Shown: piece after piece, positions 24,213 to 34,631 of the stretch | Layout of the letters: the number at the start of each line of letters is the position of its first letter | Position numbering within the stretch: the first letter of the stretch is position 1 | Assembly (NCBI GenBank): GCA_016618085.1 | Contig: JABLTG010000142.1 | Location: 1 to 52,568 of the forward strand | Direction of reading: 5' to 3' | Source: Neovahlkampfia damariscottae | Taxonomy: Eukaryota | DNA length: 52,568 nucleotides | Made by a program: the position numbers and the translations under genes | Notes under the pieces: model-generated | What the model was told of the DNA's origin: nothing | The model's input: only the letters and a program-made list of their open reading frames with translations | Databases searched by the model: none

Positions 24213-24935
24213 ATGAACAAAACAACTGTAATAATAGATAGTTCCCAAAGAGATGTATTGGATGTTAATAATAGTAAATGGACATACAAACCACAAAAAC
24301 CATTTTTAAATGTTAAAAGAATTAAATTAATTGGTTGCATTATTCCAAATAGTCAATATTTAATTAATGATAACAATAAAACATTAACAGTAGAAGCGTC
24401 AGGCACAGATTACACATTTACATTGACAAAAGGATTTTACACACCTTCAACTTTAGCGACAGAATTACAAACACAATTGAATACTGATGGGTTTTCAACA
24501 TTTACAGTAACACAAAGCAGCGCAACAAATAAATTTAGAATTCAATCAACTGTATCAGTGATTTTAAAATTTTCTCAAAATAGTAGTTTAGGTAAAATAT
24601 TGGGATTTGGTTCATCAAATACATCATCAACAATGGATGTAACAGGAACTAATATTTATAATTTATCTGGAACAAAATATTATAAATTGAGAATTTCAGA
24701 AATAAAAAATTCTATTGATAGCAACATAAAAAAAATAAATGGAAGTTTTATTATTCCAAACAATGTAAATTCAGGGGAGTATAATTACATCATTGAAAAT
24801 ACAAATATTATAAACGAAATTGAAAATAGTCAGGATAGAATTGATAAGTTAACTATAGAATTATTTGATGATGAAAATAATTATGTTGATTTAAATGGTA
24901 TTGATTATATTTTATTTTTTACAATTGAAAATTAA
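24213..24935 (+). CDS. Penton/minor capsid protein (single jelly-roll, inferred)
   Basis: IDSSQRD, F.NVKRIKL..CIIPN, GFYTPSTLATELQTQLN, and C-terminal IDKLTIELFD.....DLNG.DY...F.IE typical of PLV/NCLDV minor capsid proteins. Confidence 0.8.
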   Translation: MNKTTVIIDSSQRDVLDVNNSKWTYKPQKPFLNVKRIKLIGCIIPNSQYLINDNNKTLTVEASGTDYTFTLTKGFYTPSTLATELQTQLNTDGFSTFTVTQSSATNKFRIQSTVSVILKFSQNSSLGKILGFGSSNTSSTMDVTGTNIYNLSGTKYYKLRISEIKNSIDSNIKKINGSFIIPNNVNSGEYNYIIENTNIINEIENSQDRIDKLTIELFDDENNYVDLNGIDYILFFTIEN

Positions 24936-24961
24936 TTTTATTTTGTTAATGTATAGTATAA

Positions 24962-26176
24962 ATGAACAACGATAGTTTTTTTGACAATGATCAATTACAT
25001 CTCTTACAACATACCCAAACTGGTAAATATATTGGTGAAGTTGTAAATGAAAATGTAAAAGCAACACCAACAACAACACCTGATTTTGGTGAAGTGTTGC
25101 GATATACTTTGAAAAAATCTGGAAATGACGTTTATGATTGTGGTGACCTTGTTTTTGTCATTTCAGCAATTACAGGTTCTGGTGGAACTTTTATAAGGGC
25201 TGTCAATGCTTTAGCCTTATTTTTATCTTATAAATTTGAATTTGTGCAAAATAACAATACTGTGGAAGAAGTTACACCAGAAGCTGTTTTTCAAAATATC
25301 AAAAATTATTTAGATTCTGATAAATACGCTTCTATTTCAACAAAATTAGGTATTGATACACAAACAAATAGAAACACATTAGCAGGAAGTGCTCAAACAT
25401 TTGCAATTCCATTAAACATACTTTTTGCAACATTTCAAAGACAAATGGATTTAGCACAAATTAATGATGATGCTGAAATAAAAGTATATTTAAGAAAGGA
25501 AAAAGAATATTGTATTCAAACGGATAAAACTTCACCTACATTTTCAATTACGAATACATATCTTGATATGCAATATATTAGACCAAAACAGTCAATTCTT
25601 AATGTAAGCAGACAATTACGCGAAAAAAATGGATGGAATTATTACGCTGTCGGTCATACAGTTGTGACAAAAGCAATTAGTTCTGGTTCCACTTCTGTGA
25701 GTTTGTCATTACCTTCACTTCTTAATAAAAGAGTAATTGATTTATGTGGAATGTTAAGAGCTTCGGCATTGAAGGATACGGCTAATTCATCCGATTATAC
25801 TGATACTTTAATAGCACCAACAAGTTTCAATTTAAAATCTGGAAATAAACACCTTGCATATGGTCTTCAAAACGACATTACAAAAACATATTATGATAAA
25901 GTAATTTTACCACGTTTAGAAATGCCTGGACATAAAAATTTATTATCAGGTGTTGCTTCTGCTGGTAATGAATTTATTATTAGTTTTGCAAATGATCATC
26001 AAGTTGAATCATCTGAAAGTAAAAGATATCATGGTAGTAGATTTTTTGATGAGAATGACGTTGAATTAACTGTTAATTTTCCAAGTTTAGCGGCACAAAC
26101 TGATATTATAGTGATTATTAGAACTGCTGAAAGAATTGTAATTAAGAATGGTGAATTTTACAATTTAAAAAAATAA
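24962..26176 (+). CDS. Major capsid protein (double jelly-roll, inferred); intact, 404 aa
   Basis: Size, beta-rich composition and position between penton and packaging ATPase; paralogue at 896..2121. Confidence 0.8.
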   Translation: MNNDSFFDNDQLHLLQHTQTGKYIGEVVNENVKATPTTTPDFGEVLRYTLKKSGNDVYDCGDLVFVISAITGSGGTFIRAVNALALFLSYKFEFVQNNNTVEEVTPEAVFQNIKNYLDSDKYASISTKLGIDTQTNRNTLAGSAQTFAIPLNILFATFQRQMDLAQINDDAEIKVYLRKEKEYCIQTDKTSPTFSITNTYLDMQYIRPKQSILNVSRQLREKNGWNYYAVGHTVVTKAISSGSTSVSLSLPSLLNKRVIDLCGMLRASALKDTANSSDYTDTLIAPTSFNLKSGNKHLAYGLQNDITKTYYDKVILPRLEMPGHKNLLSGVASAGNEFIISFANDHQVESSESKRYHGSRFFDENDVELTVNFPSLAAQTDIIVIIRTAERIVIKNGEFYNLKK

Positions 26177-26208
26177 TTTATTTTAATATATTTTAATATT
26201 ATATTAAA

Positions 26209-26848
26209 ATGGAACGATTAATAAATGATACACCTTACATATCCATAATTTGTGCTCCACCTCGGTCAGGAAAAACATATTTGATAAAATATTTGCTAAA
26301 TGAAATGTTTAAGAAAAAGAAAGTTAAATATGGAATTGTATTTTGTCCAACTAAATTTACAGGAGCATATGATTTTTTACCCAATGAGTTTGTCCATTCA
26401 AGGTATAATGAAAACACATTGATTAAATTTTATAATATTCAAATTGCACAAAAAAAGAAAAATAAAAAAGCAGAACCTGCATTTATCATTTTTGATGATT
26501 GTATTGGTTCCATTAACTTTCAAAGTAAAATTATGAGTAGATTGACATCAACATATAGACATCCAAATTTTACATTAATATTTACAACTCAATACATACA
26601 TAAAATACCAACAACCATAAGAGAATGCAACATATTTTATTACTTTTAAACAAACAAAAGAAAATACATTTAAATCAATTCAAGATAATTTTATGAATGA
26701 AAAAACGATAAAAGAAGTTAAAAAATTCATAATTGATAACACCCAAAACTATAATTTTATTATTGTAGATGTATTAGAAGATGATGACAAAAAATATCAC
26801 ATTGGAAGAGTGCCAGAAAAATACAAAATGATTAAAATTAAATATTAA
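26209..26848 (+). pseudogene. A32/FtsK-HerA family genome-packaging ATPase with a frameshift at ~26622
   Basis: Walker A APPRSGKT, Walker B FIIFDD, RHPNFTLIFTTQY and IRE; continues as NATYFITFKQ...KIKY* in another frame. Confidence 0.9.
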
Positions 26849-26870
26849 TTATAATCATAATATAATATAT

Positions 26871-27128
26871 ATGACAGTCGAACTAACAATATTAATCGTA
26901 ATAACTTCAGCGGGTTTAATTACATCATTAATTTCGCCTATTGTTATCGGAGTTGTTGAATTTAGCAAAAGAATAGAAAAATCCAGTTGTTGTGGCTCAA
27001 ACGTTGAGTTATCTCCTTCCCAAATACACGAGGAAATTAAAAAAACTACTTCGGAGCATCAAATAAAAATGAATGAACAAAATGAACAAATTGATAAAAT
27101 CCTTAATTTCATAAATAAGAATAAATAA
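26871..27128 (+). CDS. Small viral membrane protein
   Basis: N-terminal TM helix, then SSCCG and a coiled tail. Confidence 0.65.
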   Translation: MTVELTILIVITSAGLITSLISPIVIGVVEFSKRIEKSSCCGSNVELSPSQIHEEIKKTTSEHQIKMNEQNEQIDKILNFINKNK

Positions 27129-27430
27129 GATACATTTAATTAAAATCATGTATTTCTGATTGCCTTTAATATTTTTCTTCAAGTAATGTAATTTTATGGT
27201 CTCTTTAATCTTTTTTGCAGTATTTTCTCTTTTATCACAAATTTTACCATTCTTTTCTCCCATTATATGTTGTAATAAAATTAGATTAAACCAAAAATTT
27301 CTTTAACAATTCAATTTTCCCTCATAAAAAGTAAAGTCTAAACAAAGGATAAATGGTAATTTGTATAGTGTTCCAAAACAGGTCAAGTTCAAAAAAAAAT
27401 GAAAACTCAATCAATCAAAAAAAAATTTTA

Positions 27431-28437
27431 TTAACTCCCAAAATTATTCAAGAAATCTTTATCAAATTGATCATACTCCTCGACTTTAGAAGGAAGAATT
27501 TGATTGGATTCCTCTAAAATATTCAATGATTTTATCTAATGTAATTTGATTAGTAAAATAAATATACAGTTTGACTAATTTTGTTTCCTGATTTAATCCA
27601 AGCTGCTAAATGCTGACAATTTTGAGAATGCCAAGAATACTTAATCGTTAAAAAGTATTTCAATGCTCCCAATGCACGGATTGTCACTTGTTCAGGTGAA
27701 AAAACTTTTTTATAGTTGTACGGTGCAACCTCAACAGGGTAAGGTTTTTGTTTGTAAAAGGATGAAAATGATGTTAACATTATCTCTAATTTTCTGTCTT
27801 CTGGTTTGATACTTCTAAATTCTACAACTAACCCACATCCGATATAGATGCCCTCATGAGTAAATTCAAAGCGTTCAAAAAATCTTGTCCTTTTTTGTTG
27901 TATATGGTCTCCCCATTTGACACCACTTTTTTCTTTCAAAATAAAGTCTTCTTTACAAACCTTCACCTTTTCTCTTTTCTCGGAATATTCATAAGTGTAG
28001 CATCTTGAATCTAGATCAAAATCTCTTTGAATTGAACGATTAGTGGCACCATGAAAATCAGAATAGAGTAACGATACACGGTAGTTTGGGAAAGTATATC
28101 TTACTTGTTTCCAGTTCGGATCGTACCATGACATGGTTCTATTTTCTCTATGGTACTTCATTGATGGATGATATATTCCTTTTTTTTTTTTTTCTTCGAA
28201 TGGATCAATAAATCTATCTTCATCATCACAAAGCAATGGCTTTGTTTGAGTAGTTGAAACCTTTGGCTCTTCCGTTCTTTTTTCTGTTTCAATTTTTCCT
28301 TTTTTGAGTCTTTCCAAAAATTCTTTTGGAAATTGAATTTGAAACTGACAACTCGTTTTATATAGAAGTTTGTAATTTTTTTCAGATTTCACAATGATAA
28401 AAAGAACTAAGAGAATGAATAATGTTGGACACTTCAT
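27431..28437 (-). CDS. Secreted LRAT/NC-domain (permuted NlpC/P60) protein with a 32-nt intron at 27536-27567
   Basis: Signal peptide MKCPTLFILLVLFIIVKS; H-box HEGIYIGCG; Y....NCQHLAAWIKSG...SQ. The GT...CTAAT...AG intron splices in frame to a 34-codon last exon. Confidence 0.8.
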
Positions 28438-28611
28438 TCTTGTTTTTAAAAAAAACGTGTTTGAATTTTATTGGTTTGGAAATTTTATGACAAATTTTCA
28501 AACAATCGTTCTATTTATAACTTTTTTAAATTCTGAAAACCAATGAAAAAACGTTCAAATTCAGAAATTTATTTCATTATTCCACCAATAAATTTACCAT
28601 TTTGTTCCATT

Positions 28612-28907
28612 GTAGTTTTTATTAGCCATAATTTTGGATCAACCGAATCCCAAACCCACGGACCAATAAAAGAGGGCAACCAAGCAATAAAATTATGGAT
28701 AACAAAAAGTAAGAAGGTAACTAAAATTTTCAAATGACAAAAAACCGCCGAGTTGAGGCGCGAGAGGACATGAAAATGGCTCTGAACGTTGGGGGGGATT
28801 TGGTCAAAAAAAACAAAAAATCCGCGAAAATGGCCTTTTTTTACTTCCTTGGGGGATGAAAATTAAAAAAAGTTAAATTCCCAGCCGGACCTTTCCACTC
28901 TACTACT
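28612..28907 (-). repeat. Right terminal inverted repeat
   Basis: Ends CTTTCCACTCTACTACT followed by the TSD TGGACG. Confidence 0.95.
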
Positions 28908-28980
28908 TGGACGTTTGTGATTGGAGTAAAAAATCTATTTATAAATCAAAGTTCATGTTTCAAACTCCGACATAAAGGAA

Positions 28981-30077
28981 ATGGGTCAGTGCTTTGGAAA
29001 CAAAGAACCAAAAACAATACATATTCAACCTATTCAAAATAAAGAACATAAATTATTACTTCTGGGTTCTGGAGAAAGCGGAAAAAGTGAAAAAACAAAA
29101 AATGAATTAACACTTATTAAAAAGGTACTCTCTTCAAACAAATGAAAATTATTCATCACAATGGGTATACAAAAGAAGATGGACAAGTTTATACTGATGT
29201 CATTCGAAGTAATCTTCTTCAATCCATGAGAGCAATGGTAGTGGCTTCTCAAAATTTAGATTTTCCAATTGAAGATCCAACCAATAGGTTAATTGCACAA
29301 AAAATATTTACAATGGATGACAATGATATGCTAAATGTCAAAAATGTATATAATTCTGATTTAGGTGAAGCATTGAAGTCATTATGGAATGATTCAGGAA
29401 TTCAAAAAGCTTATGAAAATAGAAGTGAATACCAATTATTAGATTCAACAGAATAGTAACTCCAATGTTGAATAATTGACTTTAATTTTAGTTTTTTCAA
29501 TCATATTGATAGGATAAGTGAAAAAGGATATCTACCATCTGATCAAGATATATTAAGATGTCGTGTGAAGACAACAGGAGTTGTTGATGCTGAATTTGAT
29601 CAAAATGGATTTCAATTTCGATTGATTGATGTTGGTGGACAAAGATCTGAACGTAAAAAATGGATTCATTGTTTTGAAGGTGTCTCTGCTGTCATTTTTG
29701 TTGCTTCATTATCAGAATATGATTTAAAATGTTATGAAGATGATAAAACAATGAGAATGATGGAAAGTTTAGTTTTGTTTGATGAAGTTTGTAATTCAAG
29801 ATATTTTCAAGATCGAGATATTATTTTATTCTTCAACAAAGTTGATTTGTTTAAAGAAAAAATTGAAAAAACAGATTTAAAAGTTTGCTTTCAGGAATAT
29901 GATGGAGGTTGTAACTTTGAGAATGCATTAAAATTTATAGAAAAAGAGTTCTTGGATAGAAATCAAGATGATGGAAAAAACATTCATACTTTCTTTACTT
30001 GTGCAACTGATACAAGTATTATTGCAAATGCATTTGATAATGTAAAAGAAGTTGTATTGAGAAATCAATTAAAATAA
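28981..30077 (+). CDS. Heterotrimeric G-protein alpha subunit (2 introns)
   Basis: MGQC lipidation site; GSGESGKS, RVKTTG, DVGGQRSERKKW, NKVD and TCAT motifs. Confidence 0.97.
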
Positions 30078-31293
30078 ATTTCTATCAAAAAGTTGATTTT
30101 TATAATCAAAATCATTAAAATACAATAAAACAATCATTGGTTGTGCAATCATTAAAATAATCCAAACAAATAAATTTCCAATTCTTTTGTTCTGAAAACG
30201 ATTCAGTGTTATAATTAATGGCTTTTTGAAAATTAATTATGATTTGAATTTACTAATTGAAAAAGGAAAATGAAAAAGAAATAAAATTTGAACGATTTGA
30301 AAATCAATATCATTGCTAATTCATGTATACATCCACTTACTAAAAAAGTGATAAATGCAGAAACATCTTTTGAAAAGTTTTTGTGGATTCTAAAATCTTT
30401 TAAAAATTTGATTTCAAATTACAATTTTGTGTACACATGATAATGCAAAAAATGATGAACTGGTTTGTTCCATTTTCTCCAAAATTGACTAAATGTTGTT
30501 GAATTCCACCAGTCTTGATAAAATTCTCTATCCTTAAATTGAGTGATTTCTGCCAATAAATTCAAGTTACAATAAAATATAACGAAGGATGACAATAACC
30601 AACAAAAAATTGAAGGAAGTACCATTTCAATTAATATGAACTTTTCATCTTTTTCCTTCAATAAAGGATGTATAAATTGAATAACTATTTTCAAAATGAG
30701 GATTAACAAATCTTACAGATGCAATAAATAATAATGCACAATGATAAAATTTGAAACATTGATAAAAATATCTTTTTTAAACTTATATTTTGTTGTTTTT
30801 CATAATCTTTTGAAAATACTAACTTTGGAATGAACAAGAAACGAAAAAATTCAAAAAAATTGAAACTCGAATCTTTCAATGAATATTCATAAAATGAATA
30901 TAATTTCATAAAATATGTCATTAATGATATTGAAATTAAAACATTTGAAAGAATTTTTGATTCTTGAAAATACATCAAAAGAATTAAATAAACTTCAGAT
31001 GTCCAAAAAAAAATTTTGTACAAATCTTGAGACAAAAGAGAAATTGAATTCATAACACTGGAAATATAGACTAAAATGCAATGGAAGATCACCATCTATT
31101 TGAAAAAGTTGTTGAGTTGCATTTATTATCATACTGAAAACAAAAATAAAAATTCAAAAATGAATTGGTGAATAAAGTGACCCAAAATTTTGAAATCAAA
31201 TAATACTCCATGAATTTTGATACTTTGGGTTGTAAACAAGAATAATGAATAACATAACAGAAGGAAAACTAAATTTGAAATTCCTGGTTTCAT
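30069..31293 (-). CDS. MBOAT acyltransferase (DGAT1/sterol O-acyltransferase-like), multi-exon
   Basis: MKLYSF, LAEITQF.DREFYQDWWNS, FWRKWNKPVH and HE motifs. Confidence 0.85.
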
Positions 31294-31442
31294 TTGTGGT
31301 TGTTTTTCTCAGGTCCAAAATCGTTTAAAGTATTTACCAATGATTTTGAAGATATTTCTGAGGTTCTAATTCATTCACCAAAACTTTTGAAAACCTTGAA
31401 GAAAAAATCAATGTGATTGGTTCGTCGGAGTTGAGGAAAATC

Positions 31443-31956
31443 ATGCAACACATCGGACAAATACTCTTTGACGTAGTCACAAAAACTTTCACCATTCAAT
31501 TAGTACAAGCACATGGATACGTTTTAGCTGTTGGTTTATTAGTATATTGTGTACACCTTTATCTTTCTTTTGGTCACGTAATGTCAGCACGTATCAAATA
31601 CGGAATCAAATACCCTTTACCTTATGAATCACCAAATGATAAAGGAGAATGCAAAACACCTTTTAATTTATATCAAAGAGGACATATGGTTTGAATTTTT
31701 TTTTTACTTTAATTCATGATCAAAGAACTTTGTTGAAAACTTGACAGTTTTTTATTTTCTTTATGTTGCTTCAGGTTTAATTTATCCAACATTAGCTTCA
31801 ATATGTGGTGTCGTATGGGCTGCTGGAAGAGTTGTTTATGCTGTTTGTTATGCTCGTGGTTCAAACTATCGTTATTTTGGTGAATTTTATTATCTCTCAG
31901 AAACAGTAATGGCAGGAGCTATTGGATATGCTGCTTATCAAATTTTAACTCTCTAA
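31443..31956 (+). CDS. MAPEG-family protein (microsomal glutathione S-transferase-like)
   Basis: V..AR.KYGIKYP..Y...FN.YQRGH.N..EN and W..GR..YA..Y motifs; one intron. Confidence 0.9.
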
Positions 31957-32020
31957 AATAAAGTGATTTTTCTGATGAAACAAAAAACACTTCTTCAAGA
32001 ATATTCACATGATCAACAAT

Positions 32021-33691
32021 TTATTGCAAAGAATTAGACCTTTTTGTTTCTAATTGGTGTTGAGAATCAATTTTCTTTTTAAAACAGGCTATATTTTCAA
32101 GTAGTGGTTGTCCCAAAAAGTATTTTGTCAAAGAATGAGGAATAAATTTTGATAATCCAAAAGTAATGCTGTACTTTGCATATGTTTGATTGTTATTGAT
32201 TGAAGTTAATTGCCAATATCCTGAATTCTTTTCAAATGGTCCAGAAACGAAATTCCATTTTAGTTTGTTCGTTTCTTTTTCATATTCTTGAGCCAATACA
32301 TAAGTAATTGTAGTTATACCAGCATTAATCGAATATTCTACAACTGAAGAATTTCCTTCCTTCTCTAAAATCTTTGCTGAATTCATTGAATTCACAAAAA
32401 ATGGATAAGATTCAAAATCTTGAATTACATCAATGCAAACATCAATAGGAGCATCAAATTGAATTAAATGCTCAAAGGCTTCCACTGGTTTGATTGTAAA
32501 CAATTTAAAAAAGGAATTAGATGACTGTGATGAACTCACTAATTCTTTACCTTTCTTAACCTTAACTTTTTTCTTTTCCATCAAGGGAACACTTGTTGAT
32601 TTACTTAGTGCAGTTGTATTCTCTTGTGTTACTTTTTTCTCCAATGATAATGATTTTGAGTCTTTTTCTTCTGTGATTGTTTCAATTTCACTCAAAGTGG
32701 ATGTTGTTTTTAGTTGCGAAAGAGATTCTAGAATTTCTGAAGGTTTTGGTCTATCTTTTGGAATGACATTCAGCATTGAAATGACAATCTCAATTAATTC
32801 ATCAGAGCAATCCTATATTTTATAAATTAATTTTGAATTTACAGTTTTCATGTCTTGTCGTATATTTTTCTTTGCATTTTCTTCATTTACTAACAAATCT
32901 AAATATAATGTTTTTGACTTGAATTTTTCAGTAATTTTTTAAATTCATACTTTTAAAGAGAAAAGTGTGTAGCAAACAACTCCTAAAGAAAAAACATCCG
33001 AAGGATAATTATATCGTTGACTGGAAGCCACTTCAGGAGACATATAATTCAAAGTACCACACACTGTATCATGATCTTCACCATCAATAATTCTTAAAAC
33101 TTGAAAAAAAAAAAACTAAAATTTCTTACCGTGTTGCTAAACCAAAATCTCCAATTTTCAAACAGTACCCACCTGAATTTTCCTTCACCATGAATATATT
33201 CTCTGGTTTTATATCACGATGCATAATTTTTTTTTCATGTAGATGAGAAACTCCACTTACAATTTGTTCAACAAAATCAATCAGCATCTATTGTTTGTTA
33301 AAAATTTGAAACTAACTTTTTCATTGAGATGTTTCTGTTTTCTTGTCCTATATCGGATAAATTTTTTTAAGTCTCCAAGACTGTAGAATGGCATGACTAA
33401 ACCCAACATGTATCCATCATCATCATGTATGAATACATCCAAATACTGAATTAAATTTCTATGATTCATTTGTAAAAGAGAAGTCATTTCTTTAAGTGCT
33501 TTATTTAATTCTTTTATATCTTCACAAGAAATCATTTTTAATGCTAAAGGGTTATTTTTCTCTTTATCTTTTTTATGAAAAACTCTTTTTAGAAAGTGAA
33601 CTTTTTTGTTTTTTTATTACTTGTATACATGACCTTGACCACCTTTTCCGATGGATTTTTCTATGATGTAGTCTCCTCGTTCTTTGTTCAT
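32021..33691 (-). CDS. Ser/Thr kinase (NEK-like) fused to a START/Coq10-polyketide-cyclase domain
   Basis: GKGGQG, ALK, HRDIKPEN, DFG and GTLNYMSPE kinase motifs; C-terminal DAP....DVIQDFESYPFFV...W..VSGPFEKNSGYWQL. Confidence 0.85.
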
Positions 33692-33755
33692 GCCCAATTT
33701 TGTGGAAAATGATTGGATGGAAAAGAACTATAGAAATGACGAAAATTTGAAATAT

Positions 33756-34400
33756 TTATTTGATATAACCTTGATTTTCTTGTCTTTTTTTTAGTAGTTT
33801 AGTGATCAAATTATTTCTTACCTGACAATTGGTTCAGTTTTGAAACACTTTTCTTTTTTTGAATAAATAGTTTTGAATTGAAAACAATCAACTTTTTCAT
33901 CAAATTTAATATCAAATGATTTATAACTAATTTCATCTTTTTGTATCATTTCAGGACAAACAAAAGAAATATTCTTTGAATCAAAAGTTGAAATCATAGT
34001 AACATTTGACATTTCTTCACCAGAAATTTTAATTTTGACCTAATACTTTTAAAAAAGAAATAAATTACATCTGAAGATTTGTCCATTTGAATGGTGAGGT
34101 CAGGTGAATCTTTTTGATGTGTATAGTCAACATCAATATTTGAGCAGCCGATAAATTCAATAGTGGAGGTGATTAAAATTGTGTCTATTGTAAATTGAGT
34201 ATTTTTACATTTCTCAATTACAATTTTTGAGATTTTTTTTGGGTTAATTTTGTAAGTTGAATCTTCACATGAAGTGAAAATGAAACATTGACTCATTTTG
34301 CCTTCAGTAACTGTTTGATTATCTTTTTGTTTATTTTCCTGTAGTTTTTAGTTGAATTTCAATTGTTTACAATGACAGTTGATGCTCTACCTCCAAACAT
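33756..34400 (-). CDS. C-CAP/cofactor-C-like beta-helix protein
   Basis: IFTSCEDSTY.I...ISKIVIEKCKNT...IEFIGCSN...IQMDKS beta-helix rungs; introns present. Confidence 0.6.
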
Positions 34401-34631
34401 TTTTTCTTGATTCTAGTTTTTAATTGGTGAGTGGAAATTATATTTTTTGACATTTTTTTAAAAATAAAAAACTCCATTGAAAAAGTTTGTTCGAAAATGG
34501 GTAATCATCAATATATAGAAAAAAGCATGAACCAGAAAAATTGAAGTTTTCCCAAAATATTCAATAAAAACAATTACTATTTTAGGAAAAAACACCTTTG
34601 ATTGGTCATTTACAGATCTACAATTCAAATC

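Larger units (their letters stand above)
15570..28907. mobile_element. Endogenous Polinton-like virus (element B), 13,338 bp
   Basis: AGTAGT...ACTACT termini, ~295-bp TIRs, 6-bp TSD, MCP/penton/A32 ATPase module and PolB-helicase. Confidence 0.95.
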
